Origin: an uncultured delta proteobacterium
GTDB lineage: Bacteria; Desulfobacterota; Desulfobaccia; Desulfobaccales; 0-14-0-80-60-11
DNA length: 64,000 bases
Assembly (NCBI GenBank): GCA_963812015.1
Contig: CAWETI010000002.1
Span: forward strand, 640,001-704,000
Reading direction: 5' to 3'
The position numbers and the translations under genes were made by a program. Below the pieces are notes generated by a model. The model was not told where the DNA came from, ran no database searches, and saw only the letters and a list, made by a program, of their open reading frames with translations. Of this stretch, positions 29,824 through 40,103 are shown piece by piece (within the stretch, counting starts at the first letter, position 1; each line of letters starts with the position of its first letter).

Positions 29824-30798
29824 TCAATAATTCATTTTTGCAGGGATCACGCCTCTAACTCCGCCTCTCGGATTAGGAGTATCACCATCCCTTCGGGGAA
29901 TTAAGTGTAAATGTGCATGGTCTATGGTTTGCCCTGCAGAAATCCCACAATTTGCACCAACGTTGAATCCAGAAACTAATCTGTCATCTTGTAAGATTCT
30001 TTTCCGTAGTAATCTTAGCAAACCTTCGGCATCTTCTCTCTCTTTGGCAGTCATCGTGAAAAAATCTGCTGTGTGCCTGAAAGGGATTATGAGATGATGT
30101 CCTGGGGATACTGGGAAATTGTCTTCTATGGCAAAGACGGAATCGAATTCTTCAATTTTTCGAGATTTGATGTCATCTGAGCAAAATGGGCACCTGGGAT
30201 CTGTCTCCCGAACCCCAAATTTTCTAAAGTCGGTTTCGTCCTTGTTCCCTTTTGATCGGTTGCATTTGGCGCATAAAACCTGGAGGTTTTCTTCATTGTT
30301 TTTTCCCTTTCGGGACCTTGGTTTGATGTGGTCAATATCCAAAGGTTGCTCATTCTTCGTCGCCCCACAGAGAGCACAGCGTCCTCCCGCCTCTTTAAGG
30401 AGCTTAAACCGCATACTATCTGGCACCGGTTCTGTGTCCAGCATACGATAATCCCATATTCCAAGACCTTTCTTTTGAATAAAATCTTGTAGACGCCTTT
30501 CACATGCCATCTTTATCTGGGCTTTTTGGACGTAGGTCATTTTCGGAGTGGTCAGCGAAATGAGTTCTCCATCTCGCAAAACGACACCATGTTTTAAGAG
30601 CACGGGCAAGGGCATATGCTTAATTTTCTTTTCATAAAAGGTTAGCTGGCTTTCATCTTGGAGAAGAAAAGCCTGGGCTAATTGACGCAGGGTAGCAGAA
30701 CCATCAGATTCTATGAGTGCTCTTATCAATAGCGGTTGATAGATATGGCTCATGGTCATTCGTTTTTCGATAAATTCAACCAGGTCATTAAATTCCAT
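29824..30798 (-). CDS. HNH endonuclease-HIT domain fusion protein
   Basis: MSHIYQPLL N-domain, CALCG...DIDHIKP...NLQVLCAKCNRSK, then CPFC...FPVSPGHHL...HAHLHLIPR. Confidence 0.9.
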   Translation of the reverse strand: MEFNDLVEFIEKRMTMSHIYQPLLIRALIESDGSATLRQLAQAFLLQDESQLTFYEKKIKHMPLPVLLKHGVVLRDGELISLTTPKMTYVQKAQIKMACERRLQDFIQKKGLGIWDYRMLDTEPVPDSMRFKLLKEAGGRCALCGATKNEQPLDIDHIKPRSRKGKNNEENLQVLCAKCNRSKGNKDETDFRKFGVRETDPRCPFCSDDIKSRKIEEFDSVFAIEDNFPVSPGHHLIIPFRHTADFFTMTAKEREDAEGLLRLLRKRILQDDRLVSGFNVGANCGISAGQTIDHAHLHLIPRRDGDTPNPRGGVRGVIPAKMNY

Positions 30799-32488
30799 GA
30801 TGAGGATCCCTTTCCACTCCCTTATCTCACAGGTCTGGGGAACAAGGCAAGAGTTGATCATCGACTATATGTGTGCCCCACTATGACGCCGGCCATACTC
30901 TCCCCGGCGCCCACCCTGGGGTGCCCTGCCTGCCAAAACTCAAAATGGAAACCAGGAGTGGGTCCCATAACCCCCCCTATGCTCAATTACCAGTACGGAC
31001 ACCACCTCAAAAAAATCGTTTATACCGGTTCCCACTGGCAGGAATGCCCCCCCTTATGGAGCCATCCCCAAAAATTTTTATACGAAAATCTTTTCCTGGC
31101 CTGGATGGATATGCTTCACTCCCTTGCCCACCTTCAAAGGCTAGGGGCAACACGAAGCCCAGGAGCTACCCGCAGGGGAAACTCCCTGGAGTTCGCCTTA
31201 AAGGTGCCTCTGGCCTCCCTTAGAAGGGCCCTGTGGGGCCTCTGGGGCTAGCCTGTAGGGGGGGGGTGGCGGTGTCATGAGGTTGCCCCACCCTCCATGG
31301 GCTTTAGGATGGATCGCCTTGACCTTGCCCTGAGCACATGCGGATGAGGCAGGTCGAGGGGCGCCTTGCCCCCGGCGCCCCCCCCTCTTGCGAGCCGTGG
31401 CGGGGCCGTGGTGGGTCTGTACGCATTGGAAGGCAGGCCTAGGGGAGGGTTGGGCTATGCATTTTACCCCGGCGGGCGGTGTCGGCCAGGAGAAGGGCGA
31501 CGGCACCATGTGGTGATTTCTTAATGCCTGCTGCTCCCAGTCGATATGACCGCCCCAGAAGATTTCCGATTTTTCTGGAGGATTCCCAATTCAAGGTCTA
31601 TTTGCAAGGTCACGATAAACGAACGATATGGAAAAATTGACCAAAGGGCGGATAGTGGCAAGATATTTGCGATTCTTTGATCAGCCCCTATATCGTGCCC
31701 GAAGTGGAATGTGGACGTGGCTTTTGGTTTTCTCCTGGCGTACCTTAACCGGCTGTGTTTGCCTGGTCTCCTATGTCTGGAATTTGTTAAAAAAGTGATT
31801 ACTTGATAAATATATTATCCCACGAGAAAATTTGCCTACGAAGAAGAAATTCTTTTTAGGGGTTAAACTCGGGGATAGTTCCCAAAACAATTTTTGACTG
31901 CTGTGGCCAAGGTTACCGCATAATTTCAGGAAATAGGAAGAAATCAAGGGCAACCAAAAAACTTGACTTATGGCGAACTTTATGTTGGATTAGGTAAAAG
32001 TTTCCTTAAATTCTTGGGTCCTTGGGTTTGCATAGCCTCAGAGAAATGCTTACTTTAAGGGCACCTGGGAGACTGACGATATTCCAAAGCACTTTTCATT
32101 CGATTATAATATTCTAAACTCACACGGTGGAATGTCGATAACCTTTGGAGAGACTCATCAATCAATTTGAGATTTTCGAAAGGAAGCTAAGATGAAGACC
32201 TCTAAGCGGCTTTTCCTGCCTTCAGACGATTTCGATAATGGGTTAGTTCGCGCCCAGATGGCCCAAAAATTTGTACACGGGACTGGTTTTTGCGGATGGG
32301 AAGAGAATGCTGTTATTGATCCTGCTGAAATAATCGGAATCCGCCCAGACGAAGTTCGACAAGCCATTAGCAAGGAGGATGAATCTGTTATCAAGCGTAG
32401 CGTTAAATTATAATTAATAAATTTTTAATAAATTGAGAATCACAACTCTTGGCGAAATATCTTAAGGATAGTTCCATTTTTCCTCCGT

Positions 32489-33583
32489 GTGAATTTTCCT
32501 GAAAGAATATATGAATTATTAAAACTTCCCCCCCGCAAAAGAGGAAAGCTCATCCTCGTCCTCGGTGCAGGAATCAGCACTCTTTCTCGAATTCGTCACC
32601 CCAGCGTCGTTCTTCAAGAAAACCCAATTACACAATGTATAGAATGCAATCATAGCTCAAGGTATTATGAAGAACAGAGAGCTATTTGGTCTTGGTATGA
32701 ATACAATAGAATGTATTCTAGGAATGTATTGCCCCCTTTTGCATATTATTTCATAGGCAAACTTTGTTCATTAAAACTTGTAAGAAGTATTATTACAACA
32801 AATTATGATTCATATTTAACGTCAATTTTCAAAAAAGATAGAACTCTCCCAAATTATGTAATAAATCCGGTCCTGCGAAATACCGAAGTTGATCACTCGG
32901 GTTTTAGGTCGTTCCATGAATCTAATATATTGCGTATATTTTCTCTGCACGGTAGTTTTGATTGGGCTCAATTCAAGAATTGCCATTGCATTGTAAATCT
33001 TCCGTCGTGGGTTGTTGGGACAAACCTTTGGCGTGTGCCCAAAGAGTGGGGAGGTGTTGTATATCATGATTACGATCCCCTCTTCGGGCATAAGCCGCTT
33101 CCCACTGGGGAAGCTCAGCATTATATTGATTGGCTTGTTGGGCGGGAGCCATTCCGTCGAGAAATAGATGGAGCACTAAGAGAAATTAATTGGGCGGTCA
33201 AAAGGGATGGCCACATACTTTTATTAGGGTTTAGAGGGACCCATTGTCCCAGATTGCCCACATGGGATGAAGAAATCTCTGAGCCTATCGCGGATGCCGC
33301 TGAGAAAATTCCAACCCTCATGGTTCTAACCGAGCCACAAGCAGAGGAAAGCAAACAAGGCATACCCACTGGGCCTACCAGCGACGAACTAAGCTGGCTA
33401 ATTCGGGAGCTTTCCAAGAAACAATATGGATCCGTAGAAGTATCTCCAAATATAGACGAGTGGTTTCTCAAGACATTTAAAGGATCGGTTCTTGATCCAA
33501 AATCTATCCAGGAAGAATATATTTTTAATTGGATTTACAAAGGGCTTTTTTTAAGACCACGTGAATTTGAGGGTAACCCATGA
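32489..33583 (+). CDS. SIR2-like domain protein
   Basis: LVLGAGIS, IITTNYD, SLHGS, LLLGF. Confidence 0.8.
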   Translation: MNFPERIYELLKLPPRKRGKLILVLGAGISTLSRIRHPSVVLQENPITQCIECNHSSRYYEEQRAIWSWYEYNRMYSRNVLPPFAYYFIGKLCSLKLVRSIITTNYDSYLTSIFKKDRTLPNYVINPVLRNTEVDHSGFRSFHESNILRIFSLHGSFDWAQFKNCHCIVNLPSWVVGTNLWRVPKEWGGVVYHDYDPLFGHKPLPTGEAQHYIDWLVGREPFRREIDGALREINWAVKRDGHILLLGFRGTHCPRLPTWDEEISEPIADAAEKIPTLMVLTEPQAEESKQGIPTGPTSDELSWLIRELSKKQYGSVEVSPNIDEWFLKTFKGSVLDPKSIQEEYIFNWIYKGLFLRPREFEGNP

Positions 33584-35880
33584 CAAGCAAAGGTGAGAGC
33601 ATTATCCTAGGAGATTTTGGGTTTAAGATAATCTTATTTCGCGTTCGAGCCGGATACGAAAAAGATATTGTAACTATGCTGAATGATTATCTGACAGAGG
33701 AAATTAATGAAAAGACGAATATTATTGAGTTTAAGATTTATAAGGTACTAGGATTATATGACATAATGATTATATTGCGCTGTAAGAATTTCCATCACGA
33801 TCTATTAGAAAGAGGGACTTTTGACCATGTTATTCAAAGCAATGAAATTCTTTGTTATAATCTTTATATGCCTAAAGCTAATCAATTTAACCTTAATAAT
33901 GACCTAAAAGATGGGATATTTATTAGTTTACTTAAACTTAGATTGGAGGCCCTTCTTGATTTTGGAATAGATATAACAAATGCATTAGCTATATATATGG
34001 AAGAGAAGAGAGATTTGATAGTCTTAGGAGGATTGGGCTGGAATGAGTTATTAATTATACACCCTCATAATTTTCAAAAAGAAGAATTAGAATACATTTT
34101 TAGTAAGTTTATATATGGCACCTCATCACTCTACCTTCCTGTAAATGGGAAGAATTACCCACTCATCCACAAAACATATTCTTTTTTAGGGGTAAGTTAT
34201 GATGTTATGGACAATTTAGAAAATACATTTCCTTCTAGTTTTGATGATTCGTCAACAGGACCTTGCCCAAGACTCCTCATATCCGTACCTGCACATAATT
34301 TTGAATTAGTTAATAAGAATATTCCAAAGATTTTTAGAAAAGGAAAAAATCATTTTGACTATGATAGACCACAAGTTATGACCGGAATTTATGATATTTC
34401 GCTCTCTTTTAAGAAAGGAACATGGGGCAGATTCCTCCAAAGCATTATGGATTTCCGAAAAGTTCATTCTGAAATCGTATTGGATACACGTACAGAGCTC
34501 GGGGCTTATATTTCACCTATCGATGTTTCTTCTCCTTATAAAAAGAAGAAACATCAAAAGGATATATTTCCACAATTAATTTTGGGGGAAGATGAAACGA
34601 TAAAGATATTAGATAGGCCAGGTACAATACATGTAGTCTCTACTATTTATAGGTTTAATAATTTCTTTCAAGATCCTCTTATTAAAGACAGTTTTTTAGA
34701 TTTGTTTATACCGGCAAGCAAATTAATAAGCCGTGTTTTGGGTAAGAATAGTTCTGGAAAATGGAACTTTAACGATAAAGAAATTAACCAGTTGCTTGTA
34801 GAATTTCAATGGGCAATTCGGGAGAGGGCAATGGGGGCTTATCTGTTTACAGAAGATGATGAACATTCCTTTTCCCCCATTAGGGGAGGGCTTCAGAAAA
34901 TATTATTGGCCATGGAGTCTATCCCGTATAGCATTTTGAATAAACTTGTTAATAGGGATTTTCCTTGGCAAGGGTTTATTTCAATAGGTTTAAAAGAAGA
35001 GCCAATGCATTTTTTGGAAAATCTGCACATTCCTTTCGACCATGCGTTATATCCTGAGAAATACTGGTGGTGTATCATTCACGAAATAGGACATATGTTA
35101 GCTGGTTTATGGAATATACTCGATGAAAATGATGCAGCAATTAAATATGCAATGAACATATTGCCGAATATATTGCCTAAGCCATTTAAAAATTTAGCCG
35201 ACAACTGCTTTGCTGATACATTTGATTTTATAATAGGTTTCCTATGCAATAGATATCTATATTTCAATGTTTGCTGGCCATTCCTTTTAGAAAACATTGA
35301 AAGGCAGGATCAACCATACTCATTTCTAAAGCGTCATATTACCAGACATTTTTTTGTCTGGATTTTTGAAAAAACATATTTAAACAAAAAAATTAACTTA
35401 CAAAGCTTGGATGATCGCGATATTTTAAATAGAGAATGTAAAATGCTTTTAAGAAATTTAGAATCGGTTCATCAAGTGAAGGAATATTTTTCAAAAAATA
35501 TTTCTGATAAAAATGCATTTTCAAATGATATTGTATTAGAAACTTTCCCTTATTTAAAATTAATTGACCACTATTCAAAATACTTTATTCCGGTGGTTAA
35601 GTTTATGAAAGAACTCAAAAGCGAATATCATTCGGCAAGATTCAAAAGAATGATTAAAAAAATAGAAGTAAAGGGAGATATATTGGGACATCAAGAAATT
35701 AAATATCCACACCTTATTCCTCTTAAGATAATGGAAAATATATTATATGCTAAAAAAGAATACGACACAAAATTTAGAACTAAAATGGCGACAATCCTTT
35801 CGCTTTATTGGTATTCTCATAATTTTTTCCTGCCTTCAATTTTAAACTTATGCAAAAAGGAAGTTTCTAACTCTTCTTAA
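33580..35880 (+). CDS. 766-aa hypothetical protein with HExxH motif
   Basis: Long AT-rich ORF with ATGA overlap to the SIR2 gene. IIHEIGH motif and repeated G-x-(Y/W)-(D/N) motifs in the N-terminal half. Confidence 0.8.
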   Translation: MTSKGESIILGDFGFKIILFRVRAGYEKDIVTMLNDYLTEEINEKTNIIEFKIYKVLGLYDIMIILRCKNFHHDLLERGTFDHVIQSNEILCYNLYMPKANQFNLNNDLKDGIFISLLKLRLEALLDFGIDITNALAIYMEEKRDLIVLGGLGWNELLIIHPHNFQKEELEYIFSKFIYGTSSLYLPVNGKNYPLIHKTYSFLGVSYDVMDNLENTFPSSFDDSSTGPCPRLLISVPAHNFELVNKNIPKIFRKGKNHFDYDRPQVMTGIYDISLSFKKGTWGRFLQSIMDFRKVHSEIVLDTRTELGAYISPIDVSSPYKKKKHQKDIFPQLILGEDETIKILDRPGTIHVVSTIYRFNNFFQDPLIKDSFLDLFIPASKLISRVLGKNSSGKWNFNDKEINQLLVEFQWAIRERAMGAYLFTEDDEHSFSPIRGGLQKILLAMESIPYSILNKLVNRDFPWQGFISIGLKEEPMHFLENLHIPFDHALYPEKYWWCIIHEIGHMLAGLWNILDENDAAIKYAMNILPNILPKPFKNLADNCFADTFDFIIGFLCNRYLYFNVCWPFLLENIERQDQPYSFLKRHITRHFFVWIFEKTYLNKKINLQSLDDRDILNRECKMLLRNLESVHQVKEYFSKNISDKNAFSNDIVLETFPYLKLIDHYSKYFIPVVKFMKELKSEYHSARFKRMIKKIEVKGDILGHQEIKYPHLIPLKIMENILYAKKEYDTKFRTKMATILSLYWYSHNFFLPSILNLCKKEVSNSS

Positions 35881-35959
35881 AATAGCAGAATAACTATTAG
35901 CAATTCCTCGATTTTAGGCCGCCGCTGAGCTTGGTTGTGAGACCACAGGACTATCAGAA

Positions 35960-36676
35960 ATGAGTCGCCTTCTCGTCCCAACGCTCGGCCCATCAGATTG
36001 GCGTCGCTTGCTCACAGACCCGTCAACGCAGTGGGTTCGTGGGAAGTCCGCATACGAGACCGCCGTGGCATGGGAGGCGGCTCGCACAACGCCTCGTGGT
36101 CTCCCCTTGCAAGTTTGCCAGATCCTGGATACGCAAGATGACCTGCGCGGAGCCAAGCTGCTGCTGGGTATTCCCGAACATCGCGTCTATCTTCCAGGTG
36201 GTGGACATGCTTCTCAGACGGATCTCTGGGCACTCCTGCGCAATGAAGGCCACCTCATTTCGCTCGCCGTCGAGGGAAAGTCGGGCGAGTCATTCGACAA
36301 GACGGTCGGCGAGTGGCTGACGAGCGCAAAGCCCAAAAGCGGGAAACCAAGCCGGCTCGCCTTCTTGCGCGAACGCCTCGGCTTATCTCACGTAGAGGTC
36401 ACTCACATCCGCTATCAACTTCTACACCGGACTGCATCGGCACTGCTCGAGGCGGAACGGTTCATGGCTGACTTCGCTGTGCTTCTTATCCAGTCATTCG
36501 GCGGCCAGAACGATGCCGCGAGTTTCTCAGACTTTCAGGCGTTTGGGCGCCTGTTCGATCTTGAACTCAACTTGGGCGAACTCAGTGCGGCCAAGGTGCC
36601 AGGCAACCCGCGGTTGCTGCTCGGTTGGGTCGCCTGCCGGGCCGCCAAAAAACGGGGTCTTGAGGCTGCGGTCTAA
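35960..36676 (+). CDS. DUF6946-like PD-(D/E)xK-fold protein, probable gene cassette
   Basis: DWRRLL.DP..QW..GKSA, PEH, SQTDLW, AVEGK, RYQLLHR. Stop lies inside GTCTAAC. Confidence 0.7.
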   Translation: MSRLLVPTLGPSDWRRLLTDPSTQWVRGKSAYETAVAWEAARTTPRGLPLQVCQILDTQDDLRGAKLLLGIPEHRVYLPGGGHASQTDLWALLRNEGHLISLAVEGKSGESFDKTVGEWLTSAKPKSGKPSRLAFLRERLGLSHVEVTHIRYQLLHRTASALLEAERFMADFAVLLIQSFGGQNDAASFSDFQAFGRLFDLELNLGELSAAKVPGNPRLLLGWVACRAAKKRGLEAAV

Positions 36677-36695
36677 CAAGTTGCTGCAGTTGGTA
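36671..36695 (+). repeat. Degenerate attC-like site (inverse core end)
   Basis: GTCTAACAAGTTGCTGCAG. GTCTAAC nearly complements the upstream core GTGAGAC at 35937-35943. Confidence 0.5.
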
Positions 36696-36810
36696 CCAAA
36701 CCGCTTGTTGCAGTCAGCCGGCGGTGTCAGTCTTATACGGACAGGAAACCGAATCTCCGCATTTTATGTGGATCAATCTAATTATTGTGAGATCGCAAGA
36801 GGAGATTATT

Positions 36811-37482
36811 ATGGACCAGAATAACTGGATCATAATTTTGATGATCGGAGCTGGTTTGCTTGGAGGAATTACTAACTATTTTAGAATTGAGCAAGAAGAG
36901 AAGAGCTTGTTCTCGTTTTCAAAGAGTGTTTTAATGGGCGTATCCGCATCCCTATTGATACCTTTGTTTCTAAAAATGATATCAAGCGATCTACTTAATG
37001 GAAGCATTTTTGATAGTTCAAGGCAGTTTATTTTATTTGGATTTTGTCTCATTGCATCACTTTCTTCGAAAGCATTCATTGAGACGATCTCTAATCGTCT
37101 GATAAATGAGGTCAAGGATACGAAAGAAAAATTGGAAGACATAAAAAAGGATATAGAACCTATTATTTCTAAGGAAAGCGAAGCACAAGAAGAACTAGCA
37201 AACTCTTTCATAAATGGTACCGGTTTCAGTCTAGATGAAGACGCAAATAAAGTCATAAATTCTCTTGGCAGTAGCAGATATGCATGGAGAACTCCGAGAG
37301 GAATTGCTCGAGAAATAGGGTTGCCACTAGAAAACGTCTTGAGCTCATTGGATTGGCTATCATTAAACCGTTTGACTGTTAGGGCAAGTGAAAAAGGGCG
37401 ATGGGGGCTGACTTTATTAGGCCGTAATATCCTTGCAAAGATATCTTCTGCGAAGGAATCTGAGCAAAAAGAAAAAGACTGA
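36811..37482 (+). CDS. YEATS-associated three-TM-helix protein with a winged-helix-like tail
   Basis: GAGLLGGITNYF...MGVSASLLIPLFLKMISS...FGFCLIASLSSKAFIETIS. AGGAG RBS. Confidence 0.7.
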   Translation: MDQNNWIIILMIGAGLLGGITNYFRIEQEEKSLFSFSKSVLMGVSASLLIPLFLKMISSDLLNGSIFDSSRQFILFGFCLIASLSSKAFIETISNRLINEVKDTKEKLEDIKKDIEPIISKESEAQEELANSFINGTGFSLDEDANKVINSLGSSRYAWRTPRGIAREIGLPLENVLSSLDWLSLNRLTVRASEKGRWGLTLLGRNILAKISSAKESEQKEKD

Positions 37483-37487
37483 ACTCG

Positions 37488-37527
37488 ATCTAACAACAGC
37501 TTCAAGATGGACACGAAAACACGCGTG
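37488..37527 (+). repeat. Truncated attC-like site
   Basis: ATCTAACAACAGCTTCAAG...GAAAACACGCG, 5 nt after the stop codon. Confidence 0.5.
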
Positions 37528-38132
37528 GCAATCATCGGCGCAAGTTGAACACTTAGAAACCTTTAAAAAAGAGGTCATCATAATATGGAATTCCATGTTA
37601 CGGTGGAATATGGCAACCAATCACATATATATGTGATGGATGTTGAAGGACTTTCATTATCAACCCATCGGGAAGAGATTCGAAAGAAAGTTGTCGATAA
37701 ATTTTACTCTACCGTTAAATTCGAAATTGTTGAGGAAGGCGGAGAGACATATTGACGAAACTATAATAGCACAGCCCTTAGGGGAAAGGCCGAAAAAGCA
37801 GGGCAAGGCGATGAATGCGATGAAGAAACGAGTCGAATCACTCTTGCTACAAAGAGAGTTCCATGTGGGGTGATCACCCATAGGATCGATGCGTTCCTAA
37901 AGGCATGAACGGCCAACAAGCGGTTGTACGTGCCTGATATTCAGACCATATCATCGCTTCTCAGCTAAAAAGCTAAACAAAAAAGGACCACAACCGGTCC
38001 CGTAACCGAGGTAAAAAAGGGGGGGGTCGGCCCTATGCTGGCGGCGGCCCCCCGGCCCCAAACATCCATCAATGGTCAGCCGTTCCCGCGGTTCCACCAA
38101 GCGGTGATGCCTCCCCTTGTCTTATAGGCCAT

Positions 38133-39347
38133 TTATTTCCTTCCCTGATCTTCCTGTCTTTGTTGTTGGCGTAGTCGGGCTAATTTTTCCCCCAAATCTC
38201 CCAAGCGAGACTCTAATTGTTCATCAAAACCTTCGATCCGTTGAACGTAAGGGGTATGGGGCCAGAAAATGGGACCTTGGTTACACTTGAGTAACATTTC
38301 CTCATACACTTTTGCCATCAAGGGCGAGTGGTCCTTGTAGGAATTCTCCAGAGCGAGTCCCCTGGCCTCTGCATCTGGGCAGCGGGGGCTACATGGATAA
38401 AATTCAAACGCATAATAAGCCTGGCTGGGGGGTATCACCTCAGGCCAGTGCATGGACTTCAGGGTTTCACGGAGCAGTTGTGTCAAGGCGGTTTTTTCAA
38501 AATTTCCACCTTGAGCCCTCAAGGAAGAGGCCGCTCGGCTACAGCATTCTGGATAACCTAACAGGTCACCTTCTCTGACCATGATCTCCTGCCAGATAGG
38601 TTCATTTTGCCAAGGAGTGGCGGCCTTCCAGTAAAGTTCCTCAAGGTCTTCCAGCCGATCCAACAAGGCGGGGTCAGTTACAAAATAGAGTTTTACCAGC
38701 GGGACACCCTTTGGTGATGCCAGATGCACAAAAAAGGCGGTGTGTATACCGAAAGCGTGATAGAGAACCTGAGCTAAAGTCCCGTGCAGTTTTTTCAATA
38801 TCTCCGCCGATTCTCCGCGCGCATCCTCAAGGAGCTTCACTTGGTCCTGAAAGCAGCAAGTGGCTGGACGACAATGCCAGACAATGGGTAGTAAATTTTC
38901 TAAGACAAAATGGTAGCCCAATCGGGCCCCTATTGCCAATTCAAGGACTTCTTCCAGGGTGGGAAGTGTCTTGCTCCTGGATGATTTTTTCGGCTTTTCT
39001 TTATATAGCTCCCGCAACTCTATCAGGGTGGGGATGTAGGTGAAGGCCTTCTGGAGCCATTGGTGGGCATTATCCTTCAGGCCAACGTCCCAACAGGCCG
39101 AGGCCAGCATTTCTGCAATATGCGGCGGCATTTCCGCATCTTGAGATAGGGTCTCGGCCAAGAAGATCAATTTGGGAAGGTCATTTTTTTGGTGAAGAGC
39201 TTGAATTCTCATGAACGAGGTGGCCTGTTTAGCCTCCAAGCCAGCCGTGTCAGGAATCTCAGTCAGTGCGGCCAGAGCCTCGTCTGGGAGGTAAAACCGT
39301 AAATACTCAGCACTCAGATGCAAAAGAAAATCGGCTTCACGCCCCAT
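38133..39347 (-). CDS. Hypothetical protein with TPR-like N-terminus and DUF483-like Cys-rich C-terminus
   Basis: LLGYPECC and FYPCSPRC motifs. Confidence 0.6.
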   Translation of the reverse strand: MGREADFLLHLSAEYLRFYLPDEALAALTEIPDTAGLEAKQATSFMRIQALHQKNDLPKLIFLAETLSQDAEMPPHIAEMLASACWDVGLKDNAHQWLQKAFTYIPTLIELRELYKEKPKKSSRSKTLPTLEEVLELAIGARLGYHFVLENLLPIVWHCRPATCCFQDQVKLLEDARGESAEILKKLHGTLAQVLYHAFGIHTAFFVHLASPKGVPLVKLYFVTDPALLDRLEDLEELYWKAATPWQNEPIWQEIMVREGDLLGYPECCSRAASSLRAQGGNFEKTALTQLLRETLKSMHWPEVIPPSQAYYAFEFYPCSPRCPDAEARGLALENSYKDHSPLMAKVYEEMLLKCNQGPIFWPHTPYVQRIEGFDEQLESRLGDLGEKLARLRQQQRQEDQGRK

Positions 39348-39383
39348 TGCAATATCTCCTTAAATATCAGTTGGAGCACTTTG

Positions 39384-40013
39384 TCAGGCATATACCAGCC
39401 TCTGCCTTGCGGAAAAATCATAAGTGGTTAGCACATCAACAATTGCCGTGGTAATTTTGTCGCCCCCCCGCGAGGATGGCTCGATGGGCGAAGTATCGGA
39501 ATAGTCCGCAGGTTGGTTACAAATGAGTCGCAGATCTATTACGGGTATCCTGGCGCTGAAGGCCTCCCGTAATATGACGTCGTTGAACAGCGATAACGCC
39601 GTAACGAGTGAAGGATTTAACCCAGGCACGGAATCGTAGATAGTACAAACAGTCGTTGGTCTTTTATGGCTCAACACCTTTTCCAACATGGCAGCGTAAT
39701 CTCTACGAAAATCATTCAGGATAATGGCGAAGCGGTCAAAAACCTCTGCCACCGAGCGAGCACCTTCAGATAAAATATAACTTTTATGCAGGGCGTCATT
39801 TCCACCTACGCTCACGAACAAATTCGTCGCATCTGGAGGTAAATTATCGAGCTGTGTCAGGACGTTTATAGTAATATGCCCATCGATGGCCAAAAGTGAT
39901 GCCTGACAACCATCAGGCAATTTCCCTCGGAGTTGGTCAATCACCGCCGGCCCACCGCTAACGTAGGCTGCGTTGTCAAAAATCGAATCACCAAGAAGGA
40001 CGATGTGGGTCAT
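39384..40013 (-). CDS. SGNH/GDSL hydrolase
   Basis: LLGDSIFDN, SVGGND, IEPS..GG. Confidence 0.88.
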   Translation of the reverse strand: MTHIVLLGDSIFDNAAYVSGGPAVIDQLRGKLPDGCQASLLAIDGHITINVLTQLDNLPPDATNLFVSVGGNDALHKSYILSEGARSVAEVFDRFAIILNDFRRDYAAMLEKVLSHKRPTTVCTIYDSVPGLNPSLVTALSLFNDVILREAFSARIPVIDLRLICNQPADYSDTSPIEPSSRGGDKITTAIVDVLTTYDFSARQRLVYA

Positions 40014-40103
40014 CAATGATTTCCCCTTCCCGTCGATTAATGATTATCTAAAATTAGATAATGAGGGTTTCCCGGATTTATTAATTTTATCGAGGAATAA
40101 AAA

